A stretch of 56,669 bases of DNA from Gemmatimonadota bacterium (GTDB lineage Bacteria > Gemmatimonadota > Gemmatimonadetes > Gemmatimonadales > GWC2-71-9): assembly GCA_039591795.1 (NCBI GenBank), contig JBDHCY010000015.1, positions 1 through 56,669 of the forward strand, read 5' to 3'. The notes beneath the pieces were generated by a model. The model was not told where the DNA came from. It worked only from the letters and a program-made list of their open reading frames with translations, and searched no databases. Position 1 is the stretch's first letter, and the number at the start of each line of letters is the position of its first letter. The position numbers were made by a program, and so were the translations under genes. Below are positions 38,402-46,829 of the stretch, one piece after another.

Positions 38402-38528
38402 GTGTGATTCGTGCTTTCCCGGTTTGTTCGGCTGGCCTATATTCGTGTGCGCTTGAGCTTATCCAGCCCGGCCGCTCCGGCACATGACTTACTATGTAAC
38501 CTGTTGTGGCACAACGAGTTAAGGTGTT

Positions 38529-39341
38529 ATGACGCGAATCGTCGCCATCGCCAATCAGAAGGGCGGCGTCGGCAAAACAACCACCGCCGTGAATCTCGCT
38601 GCGTCGCTGGCTGCGGCGGAGAAGCGCACGCTTCTCGTCGATGGCGACCCGCAGGCCAATGCGACAAGCGGCATCGGTGTCGAGCGTGCCAGTATCCGGA
38701 ACTCACTCTACGATGTCCTGCTCGATGGGAGAGCACTCGCCGAAGCGACGGCTCGCGCGACCCACTTCCCGTTCCTGGATGTCGTTCCGGCCACACAGGA
38801 CCTCGTCGGTGCCGAGATCGAGCTCGTCTCGCGGCCGGACCGTGAGAGCCTCGTCCGTGCAGCGCTCACCACAGTCCGAGACCGCTACGACTTCGTTCTG
38901 ATCGACTGCCCACCATCACTCGGTCTAATCACGCTGAACATGCTTGCTGCTGCCGACGGCGTGTTGATCCCGATTCAGTGCGAATACTACGCACTCGAGG
39001 GGCTTTCCAAGCTCTTGAACACGATTCGCCTCGTGCAACGCAATTTCAATCCGAACCTCGGGATCGATGGCGCCTTGCTGACTATGTATGACGCTCGCCT
39101 GAACCTCTGCAAACAAGTGGCTGCCGAAGCACGCGAATTCTTCGGTCCTAAGCTCTTCAAACACTCGATTCCCCGAAACGTGCGGCTTGCCGAAGCCCCC
39201 TCCTTCGGCAAGCCCATACTCCTCTACGACGTCCAGTCGATTGGCTCGCGGAGCTACCTCGCGGTGGCACAGGAGCTCATCGCGAGGACATTGGCGTTGC
39301 CTGAAGCAGAGCCGGTGAAGCCGGAGGAGGTGTCTGCATGA
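38529..39341 (+). CDS. parA: Chromosome partitioning ATPase ParA/Soj
   Basis: NQKGGVGKTTT, DGDPQANAT, IDCPPSLG, QCEYYALEG and PRNVRLAEAPSFG. Confidence 0.97.
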   Translation: MTRIVAIANQKGGVGKTTTAVNLAASLAAAEKRTLLVDGDPQANATSGIGVERASIRNSLYDVLLDGRALAEATARATHFPFLDVVPATQDLVGAEIELVSRPDRESLVRAALTTVRDRYDFVLIDCPPSLGLITLNMLAAADGVLIPIQCEYYALEGLSKLLNTIRLVQRNFNPNLGIDGALLTMYDARLNLCKQVAAEAREFFGPKLFKHSIPRNVRLAEAPSFGKPILLYDVQSIGSRSYLAVAQELIARTLALPEAEPVKPEEVSA

Positions 39342-40222
39342 CCGAGCGATCGGGAAAGCGCCGACTTGGACGAGGCCTCGAAGCGCTACTCGGCCCAACT
39401 GGGGAGGCCGCGCTTGGCGATGAGGCACATGGCGAGCTCCCCATTGCGGCCGTCGAACCCAATCCGTTTCAGCCGCGTCGAAGCCTCGGCGTTGGTGAGC
39501 TCAATGAGCTGACGGAGTCGATCCGAGTCTCGGGGCTGCTGCAGCCAATCGTGGTTCGGCCGGTAGCGGCAGACCGCTACGAGCTCATCGCCGGTGAACG
39601 GAGGCTCCGCGCAGCTCGAGCGCTCGGATGGACCACGATCCCTGCCTTGGTTCGCGAGGCGGACGACCGGACGCTGCTCACCCTGGCGCTGGTCGAGAAC
39701 CTCCAGCGCGACAGCCTTTCGCCCATCGACGAGGCGCTGGGCTACCGCCGGCTACTTGCGGAATTCGGACTCACCCAGCAGCAGATCGCGGAGACGGTCG
39801 GACGGGACCGGTCGACCGTGGCCAACGCCGTGCGCCTGCTCCGCCTGCCCGACCAGGTGCAAGCACTCGTGCACGAAGGGAAACTGAGCGTCGGGCACGC
39901 TCGCGCACTCGTGACGCTAGAGGACGCAGAGCTCGTCCGACGGCTGGCCGGTCAGGCTGTGGCGAACCAGTGGTCGGTGCGCGAGATGGAGGCGCGCGCG
40001 AAACCGGGCCCACGCCAACGTCGCCGCCCTCGCAAGACGGCCGACGGAAACTCCGCTCGGAGCCCGGAGGAACGCCAACTCGAAGATGGGCTGCGTAGGC
40101 GATTGCAAACCGACGTCCGTCTCGTCCTCCACGGCGAGAAAGGGCGAATCGAGATCGCGTTCTACTCGAACGACGACCTCGCCCGCGTGACCGAATTGAT
40201 ACTCGGAGCGCCGTTCGCTTGA
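39338..40222 (+). CDS. parB: ParB/Spo0J CTPase
   Basis: NPFQPR, GLLQPIVVR, IAGERRLRA, ALVENLQR and GRDRSTVAN..RLL. Confidence 0.97.
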   Translation: MTERSGKRRLGRGLEALLGPTGEAALGDEAHGELPIAAVEPNPFQPRRSLGVGELNELTESIRVSGLLQPIVVRPVAADRYELIAGERRLRAARALGWTTIPALVREADDRTLLTLALVENLQRDSLSPIDEALGYRRLLAEFGLTQQQIAETVGRDRSTVANAVRLLRLPDQVQALVHEGKLSVGHARALVTLEDAELVRRLAGQAVANQWSVREMEARAKPGPRQRRRPRKTADGNSARSPEERQLEDGLRRRLQTDVRLVLHGEKGRIEIAFYSNDDLARVTELILGAPFA

Positions 40223-41043
40223 GCAAGACGACCGACCCCCCCAAGAGCACCAAGCGGCAAACGCTCACACTGATCGTGCACCGGGACGGAGCGCTTGAGT
40301 CGCGCACGTTCCGTATCCCCGTGTGGGTCGCACGGTTCGCCCTTGGGCTGGCAATCGCCACGGGTGTCTTGGTGCTGCTCGGTGTGGCCTTCTACGGCCC
40401 GCTCTTGAGAACCGCGGCACGCGTACCTGCGCTCGAGCGCGATGTCGAGCGCCTGAGCGCAGAGAACGAGCGGGTCACGGCGCTTGCCGCGGCTCTCGAT
40501 CGCGCCGAAACCCGATACGTCGACCTGCGCCAAGTGCTGGGTGCCGACATCGTGCCCGCTGTCCAGACGGCCAGCAACGAACGACCGACCGTGGCGCCAG
40601 CAATCGTCGCGGCATACCCAAACGCTGCACCACGGTTCAGTGCCGGGCCGAACATTCCAACCTACTGGCCGGTTGCACTCGCGGAGGGATTCATTACGCG
40701 GGGCCTCATTGGGCCGGGTGGAGATGAGGAATCGCACTTCGGAATCGACATCGCCGTGCCGGGCGGTACCCCCGTTCGAGCCTCGGGCGGCGGCACCGTC
40801 GAAGAGGCCGGCAGCGATCCGGAATACGGTCTCTTCGTGCTTCTTGGGCACCCCGGTGGCTACCAGAGCATGTACGGACACGCTTCTCGCGTACTCATAA
40901 GCGTGGGAGACCGAGTCGAAGCCGGCCAAGTAATCGCGTTATCGGGTAATACGGGTCGCTCAACCGCCCCGCACCTTCACTTCGAGGTAAGACGGAGCGG
41001 CAGCCAACTCGACCCCATCACCGTTCTGAAGGAGGTTCCCTGA
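40219..41043 (+). CDS. Membrane-anchored M23 family peptidase (TM, coiled coil, LytM domain)
   Basis: HFGID (HxxxD), YGH, and GRSTAPHLHFEV (HxH). TTGA overlap with parB. Confidence 0.93.
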   Translation: MSKTTDPPKSTKRQTLTLIVHRDGALESRTFRIPVWVARFALGLAIATGVLVLLGVAFYGPLLRTAARVPALERDVERLSAENERVTALAAALDRAETRYVDLRQVLGADIVPAVQTASNERPTVAPAIVAAYPNAAPRFSAGPNIPTYWPVALAEGFITRGLIGPGGDEESHFGIDIAVPGGTPVRASGGGTVEEAGSDPEYGLFVLLGHPGGYQSMYGHASRVLISVGDRVEAGQVIALSGNTGRSTAPHLHFEVRRSGSQLDPITVLKEVP

Positions 41044-41486
41044 TGGCTCGCGCATCGGGCCGTGACGAGCGACACCCGCCAGTCGGCGAGGGAAGCCTCT
41101 CGATCATCGCCAAGGGAACCTCAGTCAAGGGCAACCTCACCGCCGACGGCGTCGTCAAGGTGGAGGGCGAGGTCGTGGGTGCTATCCACGCGGAACGCCA
41201 GGTACTTGTGAGCCGCGACGGCCGTGTCGAAGGTGATATCTACGCTCCCGAAGTGATCATCGGGGGTCACGTCCAGGGGTCGATATACGCAGACGATCGG
41301 GTCGAACTCCAGACAACGGGCTCCGTGGCCGGTGACATCTCCACGCGCCGGGTCTTAGTAGAGGAAGGCAGCCAGCTCAACGGCGCCCTGCGGATGGCAG
41401 ATTCTGCCGAAGCCCCCAAGCCAAGCCAGTCAACCAAGCTGCCAGAGCGCTCGGGCCACGCCCATCCTGAATTTGCCGAACCCTGA
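41043..41486 (+). CDS. Bactofilin (polymer-forming cytoskeletal protein)
   Basis: SIIAKGTSVKGNL..DG.VKVEG.V.G.I…GRVEGDI…V.GDI. TGATG overlap with the M23 stop. Confidence 0.93.
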   Translation: MARASGRDERHPPVGEGSLSIIAKGTSVKGNLTADGVVKVEGEVVGAIHAERQVLVSRDGRVEGDIYAPEVIIGGHVQGSIYADDRVELQTTGSVAGDISTRRVLVEEGSQLNGALRMADSAEAPKPSQSTKLPERSGHAHPEFAEP

Positions 41487-41489
41487 CCA

Positions 41490-41522
41490 TTATCCACAGG
41501 GGGGTGTGCAACCTGTGGATTA
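41490..41522. promoter_or_regulatory. DnaA-box cluster
   Basis: Perfect TTATCCACA at 41490-41498, degenerate TGTGCAACC at 41505-41513, and TGTGGATTA at 41514-41522 (1 mismatch). An AT-rich tract follows. Confidence 0.75.
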
Positions 41523-41557
41523 TTTTCTCACTGTCTGCTCACTATTTAGTTACTGTC

Positions 41558-42322
41558 ATGTCGGTTGCCGTTGATACCACCGCCGTTGTCGCTGCATTGG
41601 ACGAGATCCTCTCCTCGGCCACGACACCAGACTACCCCGACGCGCACAACGGACTTCAGCTGGCAAACACCGGAACTGTGACCCGCGTCGCCGCTGCGGT
41701 TGACGCAAGTGTCGCGACAGTAGAAGCGGCGGCAAGCGCGGCAGCCGACTTCCTCCTTGTTCACCACGGGCTCCTGTGGGGAGGCGGGCGCCCGTGGGTT
41801 GGACGTGACTATCGACGTCTCGCAACCCTCATCCGAGGAGACATCGCCGTCTACGGTGCCCATCTTCCGCTCGACGCACATCCTGACGTGGGGAACAACG
41901 CCCTTCTGCTGCGCGCACTCGGGGCTCTCCCAGGGGGCAGATTCGGGGCGTATCAAGACCTCGAGATTGGCTGGTGGGGACAGGCAGATCTCACGCGCGA
42001 CGAGCTGGTTGACCGCGTCCGAACGGCCGTGGGCCGCGATGTCTTCGTCATGCCGTTCGGGCCGAGTCAGGTGCAACGGATCGGAGTGGTGACCGGGGGC
42101 GGTGGCTCGATGATCTCGGAGGCCCACGCAGCCGGGCTCGACGCGTTTGTCACGGGTGAAGGCTCCCACCACACCTATTTCGATGCGCAAGAGCTGGGCA
42201 TCACCGTGATCTATGCTGGCCACTATGCGACGGAGACATTCGGTGTGAAGGCGCTCGCTGAACTCGTTGCCAAGCGCTTCGGTCTGCCCTGGAGCTTCAT
42301 CGACCTGCCGACGGGACTCTGA
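41558..42322 (+). CDS. Nif3-like dinuclear metal-centre protein (YbgI/GTP cyclohydrolase I type 2)
   Basis: NGLQ, LLVHHG, HLPLDAHP..GNN, TGE..HH and GHYATE. Confidence 0.93.
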   Translation: MSVAVDTTAVVAALDEILSSATTPDYPDAHNGLQLANTGTVTRVAAAVDASVATVEAAASAAADFLLVHHGLLWGGGRPWVGRDYRRLATLIRGDIAVYGAHLPLDAHPDVGNNALLLRALGALPGGRFGAYQDLEIGWWGQADLTRDELVDRVRTAVGRDVFVMPFGPSQVQRIGVVTGGGGSMISEAHAAGLDAFVTGEGSHHTYFDAQELGITVIYAGHYATETFGVKALAELVAKRFGLPWSFIDLPTGL

Positions 42323-42367
42323 CCATCAACTACAGGTCAGCGACCCATTATTCAGCGAAGTGCGGTC

Positions 42368-44185
42368 TCAGAACGCCCACGCCCCAGATAGGATCACCTG
42401 CCGGTAGCGGTAGTCGGCGTCTCCCGTCGCAAACGAGTTGAGGCCCGTGCTCGAGAACGCAAACGACATTCCGATCTCCCGGCTGGGGCCGATGAGATAC
42501 GCCAGTCGAGCCGATCCACGGGCGGCTGCCTTAAGGGAACCGCTTGACCCTACGCGCTGTAGGCCTGGCGCGAGCTCGGCGATGGCTACCCACGCACCGA
42601 ATTCGCGGATCCACCGCCCGCCGACCTCGAGAAGGCTGTAGAAATCCGGATTGAAGTAGCCGTCGTTTCGATCTGGCCGCATGAAGTCGACATTCGGCTC
42701 CGCGAAGCCGAAAGCGAGAAGGGTGGCACCGAAGGTCCAGGGCCGTCCCACTCGCCGGGTGACGCCGACATAACCACCGAAGCGCGAGTTCCCGAACGTG
42801 CCCTGGTAGTCCGCGTAGGCGACGCCTCCGACGAGAACCCAGCGGCGCGCCGGCTCGTAGCGACCTGACACCGCCCATTCACGTATCTCCACTCCGTTCG
42901 CTATCATCGGGGCAGTAGCGCCCAGCGAGCCGGAGCGGTAGCGCAGTGTGCCGCCCACTCCGACGTGGGTTGGGCTGGCGATCTCGGCTCGCAGCTCGGG
43001 AACGGTTCCTGAGGCGGTGGTGTCGTCACCGTCGCCAACACCTAGCCCCAGTGAGAAGGCCCATCCCCCAGCGGCATGGACCCGTCCGCTCACCAGGACT
43101 CGCCAGAAATCTCGTTCGCCTCCGAAGCCCTGTGCCGACCGTGCCGTGACCTCTGCTCCGACGTTTATCCGCGGCCGCACGTGCCAGTCTCCGCGAACGA
43201 CTACGGTTCGAATGCGATTCGAGTCGGAGTCACTCTCGTACAGCAGCGCCGGGGCGATGTGGGGCGCGAGAGCCGCAAGTGTCCACTGCCGCTCGATGCG
43301 CACATCCGGGTCGGACGGCGCGAGCCGATGCGCGTGTTCGATGACGTCGTACGCATCGCCAGGCCGTGCCTGCCACCGCAGGGTCTGGGCAAGGCCTACG
43401 AGCGAAGGGACGTCGTCGGGCCGATCACCGAGCACCGACAGCCACGCCTGCTCTGCGCCACGCAGATCGCCGCTCCAACTTCGCACGCGCGCCAGCCCAC
43501 GCTTGGCCTCTATGTTGTCAGCTTGCTGGGCCAGGACTTCGGTGTACACGGTCTCTGCGCTGTCGAATGCACCTCCCCAGGAGAGAACCTGTGCCAGGCC
43601 AAGCAGCGCCTCGAGGTCGTTTGGATCATTCGCCGCCAACGCTGCGAATGCAGTAGCCGCTTGTTCGAACCGTTTCGCCCATCCAAGGACTCGAGCACGA
43701 TCGCGGCCGATCGATCGATCGTCGGGAGCGACCTCGAGCACACGGTCGTAGGCGAGGAGCGCGACTTCAAAATCTCCGGTCCACGACGCGAACTGTGCGA
43801 GCGCCTTGTACGCCGGCAGATGGTCCGGCCGCTCGTCGATGATCTGCTCGACGGCCGCCACTGCGGCCTGCGGGTCACCTTGCCAGGCCAGCGTGCGCGC
43901 TCGATCGATTCTCCCCTCGAGGTTCTCGGGTGCGATGGCAACCAGTTGATCGAATAGTGCCAGGCTCTGGTCGTAGCGCTCAGCCCATGCGTGGATGATC
44001 GCCATTCGATGAAGCGCCCGCTGGTCTGTCGAGTCCGCGACAAGCCGCTGCGCGTACAGCCGGGCGGCCGTCTCGACGTCACCACTGTCCCAAGCCGAGT
44101 CGGCGGCCGTCTGCGCGGCGGCAGAAAGACAAAGCCCCACGGCGAGCGACAGCGCCATGGCCCCGATCCGCAGATGCCTCATCAT
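42368..44185 (-). CDS. TPR-repeat + C-terminal beta-barrel outer-membrane protein (putative polysaccharide export pore)
   Basis: Signal peptide, about 7-8 TPR-like repeats (LGLAQVLSW, GLARVRSW), a beta-strand C-terminal domain and terminal …GAWAF. ATGA overlap with the upstream stop. Confidence 0.75.
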   Translation of the reverse strand: MMRHLRIGAMALSLAVGLCLSAAAQTAADSAWDSGDVETAARLYAQRLVADSTDQRALHRMAIIHAWAERYDQSLALFDQLVAIAPENLEGRIDRARTLAWQGDPQAAVAAVEQIIDERPDHLPAYKALAQFASWTGDFEVALLAYDRVLEVAPDDRSIGRDRARVLGWAKRFEQAATAFAALAANDPNDLEALLGLAQVLSWGGAFDSAETVYTEVLAQQADNIEAKRGLARVRSWSGDLRGAEQAWLSVLGDRPDDVPSLVGLAQTLRWQARPGDAYDVIEHAHRLAPSDPDVRIERQWTLAALAPHIAPALLYESDSDSNRIRTVVVRGDWHVRPRINVGAEVTARSAQGFGGERDFWRVLVSGRVHAAGGWAFSLGLGVGDGDDTTASGTVPELRAEIASPTHVGVGGTLRYRSGSLGATAPMIANGVEIREWAVSGRYEPARRWVLVGGVAYADYQGTFGNSRFGGYVGVTRRVGRPWTFGATLLAFGFAEPNVDFMRPDRNDGYFNPDFYSLLEVGGRWIREFGAWVAIAELAPGLQRVGSSGSLKAAARGSARLAYLIGPSREIGMSFAFSSTGLNSFATGDADYRYRQVILSGAWAF

Positions 44186-46827
44186 CGCCCGTTTCCGCTG
44201 TGAACTGGGGAGTTCGAGCTCCCCTCGAAGACTTTCCTCAGGGCGTCGAACACCGGCCGACGCCGCTCCCGCCATAGCGGCTCGTTCCACGCCCGCCACG
44301 AGAACTCGGCCACGTCGAACGACGACCCAGAGCGAGGCCAAGCATACCACGCACCCTTCGACTGCACGGCCGCCACGACGCGGATGCCCGTGACCGGTTG
44401 TGCCGCCTCTTCCTCTGACAGCGTTCCGATCCAACCGCCGTCATTCACCCAATCCGGTGCGTGCTGAAGGACTCGCCGTGAGCTCGGGTCGGTCACGTTG
44501 AGGAACGCCCACGGGATGCGAATCTCGATGACCCCAGCGTCGGGCAAAGACTCCCAGAAACCGTCCGCGACAGGTGCCGACCGGAGCACGCCACGATCGT
44601 AGCCAATCGTCGCATACTCGGTCGTGTCGCGACCCACCCGCCTCCTGTTCGTGATGACCCGCAATGAGTCGAATTGGCCGTCGCTTCGCGGCGCCGACAG
44701 AAAAGGCGCATTCATCTCCCATATCAGCCGCCCGGAGAAGAAGCCTGGGGGCTCCGAACCCTCGGCCAAGGGCATGACCTGCAACCTCTCCTCGGCGGCG
44801 GGTCCAACCTCGATCGGGAGGTACCGGAACAGGCTCGCGGCCGGATCGGCCAGGAGCCGGACCCCCTCAGCCGTGGCGTGTAGCACGAGCTCCACCCCTA
44901 CGGGGAGGATCGGCCCCCGTCGGCCGGGCCAGCTGAACGATCCCGCGTCGGCCCGTATCACGTCGAAGCCGATGAAGAGGTCCTCCGGCTGCCCGTCACC
45001 GGCCTCGAAAAGGAGCCAGACCGCTGCCTCGTCAGCGAACGCGCGCAGCCCCGCTCCCGTGGAATCGGCGTAGAGGGGCTCGATCGTCTGCCATTCACCG
45101 AGCCGTTCGGCGAGCGACTCTCCTGGGAGTCGCGGCTCCGGCTCCATCGCGACCACCCCGTACGCCTGCTCGGGGTCGAGCGTGTTCAGCCAGAGCCGAT
45201 TGCGCTCCGCGGGGAGAAGAAAATCGTTGAAGAGCCAACTCTTTTTGAACCACTCGTCGATCCATGCGAAGACGACCCCACCTGCCATTCCCGCCGCGGC
45301 GATCTCGCGTGTCATGCGCACGTCGAGGTCAGCCATCGCCTGCTCGGTGTGCCCCCCGTGGTGCCAACCATCCGGGTGGAGGTGCGCAATGCCCAGACTG
45401 GCCGGTACTCCGTACTCCGCGACGAGGACCGGCAGATCGTCATGATGGCTCTTGAGATCGACCAGATACCCGAAATAGGAAGAGGGGCCTTCGGCCGAGT
45501 ATGCAGCGGCATAGCCCGGGTCGAGCACCATGAAGTCCGGGTAGTATGGATAGACGTGATATGCGGCGAAGTAGCCCGCTGGGAACGAGAAGGTCGTACG
45601 AACGAGTGACGGGTCCAGCGTCACTCCGTCATTGTCGTACTCGGCGGTCGCGGTGGGGGACGGTTCACCGAGAGCCACGCGCAGCTGCACTTCCTCCTGT
45701 GCCGTGGGCTCAGTCGGGTGCGTGAGCGGGTCGAGCGTGGGCCAGTTGGTGTAGGCGATTGGCCGTTGGGCTCCATACGTCGTCATCTCGTGCGCAATCA
45801 TCGTCTCGCACTTGGCCGCGAGCCAGACGTCCATCGCCGTCCCACCTTCGAGCCGCAGAAAGCGGCCAGACCACGCAGAAGTATCCGGCTGCCGCTCGTT
45901 ATAGACGGCCACTGAGTGAGGCTCCCACTCGCGGCCGACCACGTAGGCAAGCGTCCAGCGCGACACGTCCGCTTGGTAGCGTCCTGAGGCATGACCACGG
46001 CGCGGCTCGATGCGTGCGCGCCCGTGCACGAGGTCCACCACGCGACGGATCTCATCATCGACCTCCTGGTTCCACTCGAGGTCGTCGTAGTCGTCGTCGG
46101 GGGGGAGCTCGATCCAGACACCGTGGAGTAGCCACAGTGGGCGATCCGGGTGGGCGAGATTGTACTCCCGCAGCACCTGGTAGAAATGCGGCGGATGAAT
46201 CGTATAGAGGCGAATCGTGTTGGCGCCCATCTCACCGATAGCGGCGATCCACCGAGCGTAGACCGCCGAATCGGGGAATTGGCTCGGGAATCGCCCGGGG
46301 ACCGCGGCACCGAGGTTGACGCCATTGACGTAGAACGGCGTCCAGCCCTCGTCGGTGCGCACCTCAAACCGGTCGCCGCTCACGCGAGCGGGGTAGGTGA
46401 GGGGTGCGAGCCTCGGGAGGTATGACCGCGCCTCGGCGTTCGCCGGGTCGATGGCGAGTGTACGTTCAAAGGCGGTCCGGGCAGCTGCGTGGTCGGCCTC
46501 GCGCCACGCGATGAGACCGATCCCAACCAGAGCATCCACGACATCCGGTTCATCAGCGAGTACACCCTCGAACCAGGTGCGGGCCTCGCCGAGTTGGTTC
46601 CGACGCAGGGCTGCGTAGCCCAGTCCCGTCCGCGCCCCGGAGTGAGTCGGGCAACGGGTCGAGGCCACGGTGAATGCCTCGGTCGCGACGGTGATCTCCC
46701 CTGCCCGGTACGCCATCCACGCACTGTCGACGAGCACATCGACCAGGTAGCCACAGCCTTCCTGGGCCCTGGCAATCCCGGCGCCGAGCAGGGTGGCGAG
46801 GAGGAACACGACCGAAGCGCGGCCCAT
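44182..46827 (-). CDS. Exported TPR + clan GH-A-like TIM-barrel glycoside hydrolase
   Basis: Signal peptide, three TPRs, then GVNLG, GANTIRLYT, VGREWEP, AYHVYPYYP, VLVAEYG and FAWIDEWFK. Start placed at ATG 46827, just after the GT2 stop. Confidence 0.7.
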   Translation of the reverse strand: MGRASVVFLLATLLGAGIARAQEGCGYLVDVLVDSAWMAYRAGEITVATEAFTVASTRCPTHSGARTGLGYAALRRNQLGEARTWFEGVLADEPDVVDALVGIGLIAWREADHAAARTAFERTLAIDPANAEARSYLPRLAPLTYPARVSGDRFEVRTDEGWTPFYVNGVNLGAAVPGRFPSQFPDSAVYARWIAAIGEMGANTIRLYTIHPPHFYQVLREYNLAHPDRPLWLLHGVWIELPPDDDYDDLEWNQEVDDEIRRVVDLVHGRARIEPRRGHASGRYQADVSRWTLAYVVGREWEPHSVAVYNERQPDTSAWSGRFLRLEGGTAMDVWLAAKCETMIAHEMTTYGAQRPIAYTNWPTLDPLTHPTEPTAQEEVQLRVALGEPSPTATAEYDNDGVTLDPSLVRTTFSFPAGYFAAYHVYPYYPDFMVLDPGYAAAYSAEGPSSYFGYLVDLKSHHDDLPVLVAEYGVPASLGIAHLHPDGWHHGGHTEQAMADLDVRMTREIAAAGMAGGVVFAWIDEWFKKSWLFNDFLLPAERNRLWLNTLDPEQAYGVVAMEPEPRLPGESLAERLGEWQTIEPLYADSTGAGLRAFADEAAVWLLFEAGDGQPEDLFIGFDVIRADAGSFSWPGRRGPILPVGVELVLHATAEGVRLLADPAASLFRYLPIEVGPAAEERLQVMPLAEGSEPPGFFSGRLIWEMNAPFLSAPRSDGQFDSLRVITNRRRVGRDTTEYATIGYDRGVLRSAPVADGFWESLPDAGVIEIRIPWAFLNVTDPSSRRVLQHAPDWVNDGGWIGTLSEEEAAQPVTGIRVVAAVQSKGAWYAWPRSGSSFDVAEFSWRAWNEPLWRERRRPVFDALRKVFEGSSNSPVHSGNGR

Positions 46828-46829
46828 TC

